Under the pieces are notes generated by a model. It was not told the origin of the DNA. It searched no databases and saw only the letters and a list, made by a program, of their open reading frames with translations. Source: Macrostomum hystrix (Eukaryota; Animalia; Platyhelminthes). From it: DNA of 64,000 nucleotides. Shown piece by piece: positions 61,672-64,000 of this stretch. The DNA is taken from contig CATNEN010000038.1 of the NCBI GenBank assembly GCA_950097015.1, forward strand, positions 2,046,001 through 2,110,000, in the 5' to 3' direction. The first letter of the stretch is position 1. Every line of letters starts with the position of its first letter. Made by a program: the position numbers and the translations under genes.

Positions 61672-61905
61672 TCACAGCTCTGCCGGAAAGGTCACCGTTG
61701 TTGACGTGAAAGTTGCCCAACAGTCGCGTTGCTCCTTGGCCAGGAACATCCGGAGAAGCCGTTCATGAAGGTTTAGTTGTACATACGAAGATGTACACAA
61801 ATTCTGTCGAGTCCACACAGCCTGTATGGACAGGTTGATGTACACGATGATGCTGTTGAAAGGGCAGGACACAATGAAGATGGGCGGGATACGAGACCAG
61901 TGATG
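61672..61905 (-). pseudogene. Inverted degenerate GPCR N-terminal fragment
   Basis: FNSIIVYINLSIQAVWTRQNL...MFLAK matches FNSLVVYINLFREAVWTRQNL...MFLAK at 60790-60925. Confidence 0.75.
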
Positions 61906-62691
61906 ATCGCCAAGGTGTTGTGTAGACGGTCTTCTTATGTACCAAACCTCGAGAAGGGACTGGTCACTTTCGTTGGCTTTTTTGAATGGATTAGTTTCAA
62001 AAAGTGAGAAATTTCTTTATCTGAGCGCGAAATGTTTAGTTTAGAAGATCTAAAACTGTCTAGCTTAGTCTAAAATATTGGGCTGAAAAGACATTGAGTA
62101 AATAAACAATCGTTGTCAAGCACTGGGGCCGCTGTTTCTTTTCATTGTATCGCTATTGGACGATCAAATCGTATGAACTGTCTGTGGCATAGAAAAGTGA
62201 GACGCTCGTAGCAGGGGGTGTGAAGAAAACTTGAAGAAAACTTTGATGTCTATGGTAGAGTGTATTCATACCCTTCTCTCTAGCCTATTTGACGATATTA
62301 GCATTGAGGATTACGATAGACAAAACTTGCATTGCAACGCACTGTAAATATTATATTCTGTTTTGTACTAAGGACGAAAGTTGATTGAGGCAAGCAGGGG
62401 AGAAGAGCACATGCTTAGACTAGAGAGAAATATTAACAAACCTGGAAGCCTAGACATGGATGCTAGAAGTGTCCATCTTCTAAATTTTAATAATCTTCCT
62501 GTCGATAGCTTAAATGCTTTGTCCCAGTCCGAGTTGGATCTCGTGGCCGAACTGTCGCGCAATGACTGCCGTCGTGACGAGCTAGTGACCCAGTTCTTGT
62601 TGTTTGTGAAAACTCCATCGGCGACAAAGCGAACTCATCGGATCTGCCTGCTGATATTCGTGAACAACTTACCAGCATCGATGAAGCTGAG

Positions 62692-63910
62692 ATGGAAAGT
62701 CTACCTCAAAGCAGTCGGAAACAGATGGAGGATCATGGGCGCAAGTTTGTCGGATTTCTGGAGGGTCGCGGTCTGAACTCCGATTTGGCGAAAGTGAATG
62801 ACAACACCCTGAATCAGTATCTACGATTATTCTACTTCCAGTTGAAAACAAAGGGCGGTGAGATCTATTCACCATTGTCGTTAGTCTGCATCCGAGCCGC
62901 TATCCAGCGATATTTGAATATCATTGTGAAGAGACAGACAAAACTGGTTGCTGCTGGGACCGTGTTTGATGGCTCAAACAGGATGCTCGAATTCAAGGTC
63001 CGTGAATTTATCAAGTCTCGCAAGACAGTTCAAAGCTACGATCCAATCGAGGAGGGAGACATGGTTAAATTGCGCGACTACTTTGATCGTAGTGACGGAG
63101 AACGACTCCAAGATGAATTGCTATTCAATCTCATGTATCAGCTTGGAGAGCGTGGACGGGAGCACATGAAGACGTTTCTCAATCGGAACTTTCTGGTGCG
63201 AGGTGTCGACTCGGATGGACGGCAGTATGCCTGTTTGCCGACGCTACCATCGAAGAATCGATTAGCAACACTGGACGCTGGTCAGGTCGCCGATTTGAAG
63301 CACGCTAGAATATATGATCTTGAGCTGCTAAAACTGTACGAGTCGGTGATTCCGGATTCCGGCGACCACTTTCTACCTCGTCCTATGAAGAGCACCATTG
63401 GGAAGAAGTTTATCTTCTCTGATAAGGCACACCGTGGTCTGCGTTATTTACAAGAGTACATGAAGAACCTATCCGAGAAGGCTAAGCTAAGCAAGCGTTA
63501 TACCAACCACTGCATTAGGTGAGTATATATTTGTGTTACGAAGTAAAAGTAAAAGCATAATTGTTTGTTCACCTTTCTGAACAAGATACCATTGCATTTT
63601 TAGAGTCACGCGCATTTGCGACTTGGAAAGCGAAGGGCATACTGTCCACGACATCATGCTTGTGACGGATCACAAGTCGGAGGCGACCGTTCGGCGATAT
63701 CTGCATAAGAGGCGTGATCGCAGTTTGTACAAGTCCTCTGTGAACGTGCATACCGCCATGAAGAAGTCTTTGGATTGTATGGATCGTACTGAGGCTGCGC
63801 CATCCATTAGTGGAGATGAGGAGTTTCATCGGGTCCAATGCCCACCAGAGAAAAAAATGCGAATCCAAGTGAACGGCAGTTCAAACATCATTGATTTCTT
63901 TTTTGAATAG
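62692..63910 (+). CDS. Crypton-type tyrosine recombinase (DUF3504-like); exons 62692-63518 and 63604-63910
   Basis: LNQYLRLFY..LKTKGGEIYSPLSL..IRAAIQRYL N-terminal domain; catalytic R (GERGRE), HxxR (TNHCIR), H (TDHKS), Y (VRRY). Phase-2 intron AG|gtgagt..tag|A. The true start may lie upstream across a frameshift near 62580. Confidence 0.85.
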
Positions 63911-64000
63911 CTTTAATGACTGCCTTGACTGAAAGTTAACTTTTATTATTGGTGTTCATTTGAGGCATTCATCACATAGGTTTCGTCTATGTTCGTTCTT

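Overview
Eukaryotic (animal) genomic DNA with GT-AG introns. The gene set, GC-rich codons and minisatellite-filled introns suggest a free-living flatworm such as Macrostomum; this is inference, not shown by the sequence. From left to right: (1) the last three coding exons of an innexin (+); (2) a convergent kinectin/RRBP1-like coiled-coil ER protein gene (-) with a 15 x 14-aa internal repeat, most large introns of both genes carrying their own minisatellite; (3) a nest of transposons (CRE-like RT relic interrupted by a non-autonomous Helitron that carries a hAT MITE); (4) an intronless secreted LamG-like gene and a dead DD34D mariner; (5) a ~4,900-aa RNF213/mysterin-like AAA+ gene (-) with a 10.9-kb exon, no visible RING, a CxxC..CxxC motif where the RZ finger is expected, and a second Helitron copy in intron 1; (6) scrambled class A GPCR pseudogene pieces; (7) a Crypton-type tyrosine recombinase with its catalytic residues and an intron. 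Two tRNA-derived SINE families are dispersed through the window. The most unusual signals are CpG loss confined to the first introns of two genes, a 45-bp minisatellite family carrying perfect 5' splice-site motifs, an inverted intronic duplication bounded by a 15-bp direct repeat, and the RING-less RNF213-like protein. Most long ORFs in the ORF track between 0.2 and 20 kb are repeat artefacts. All exon models were built by eye.
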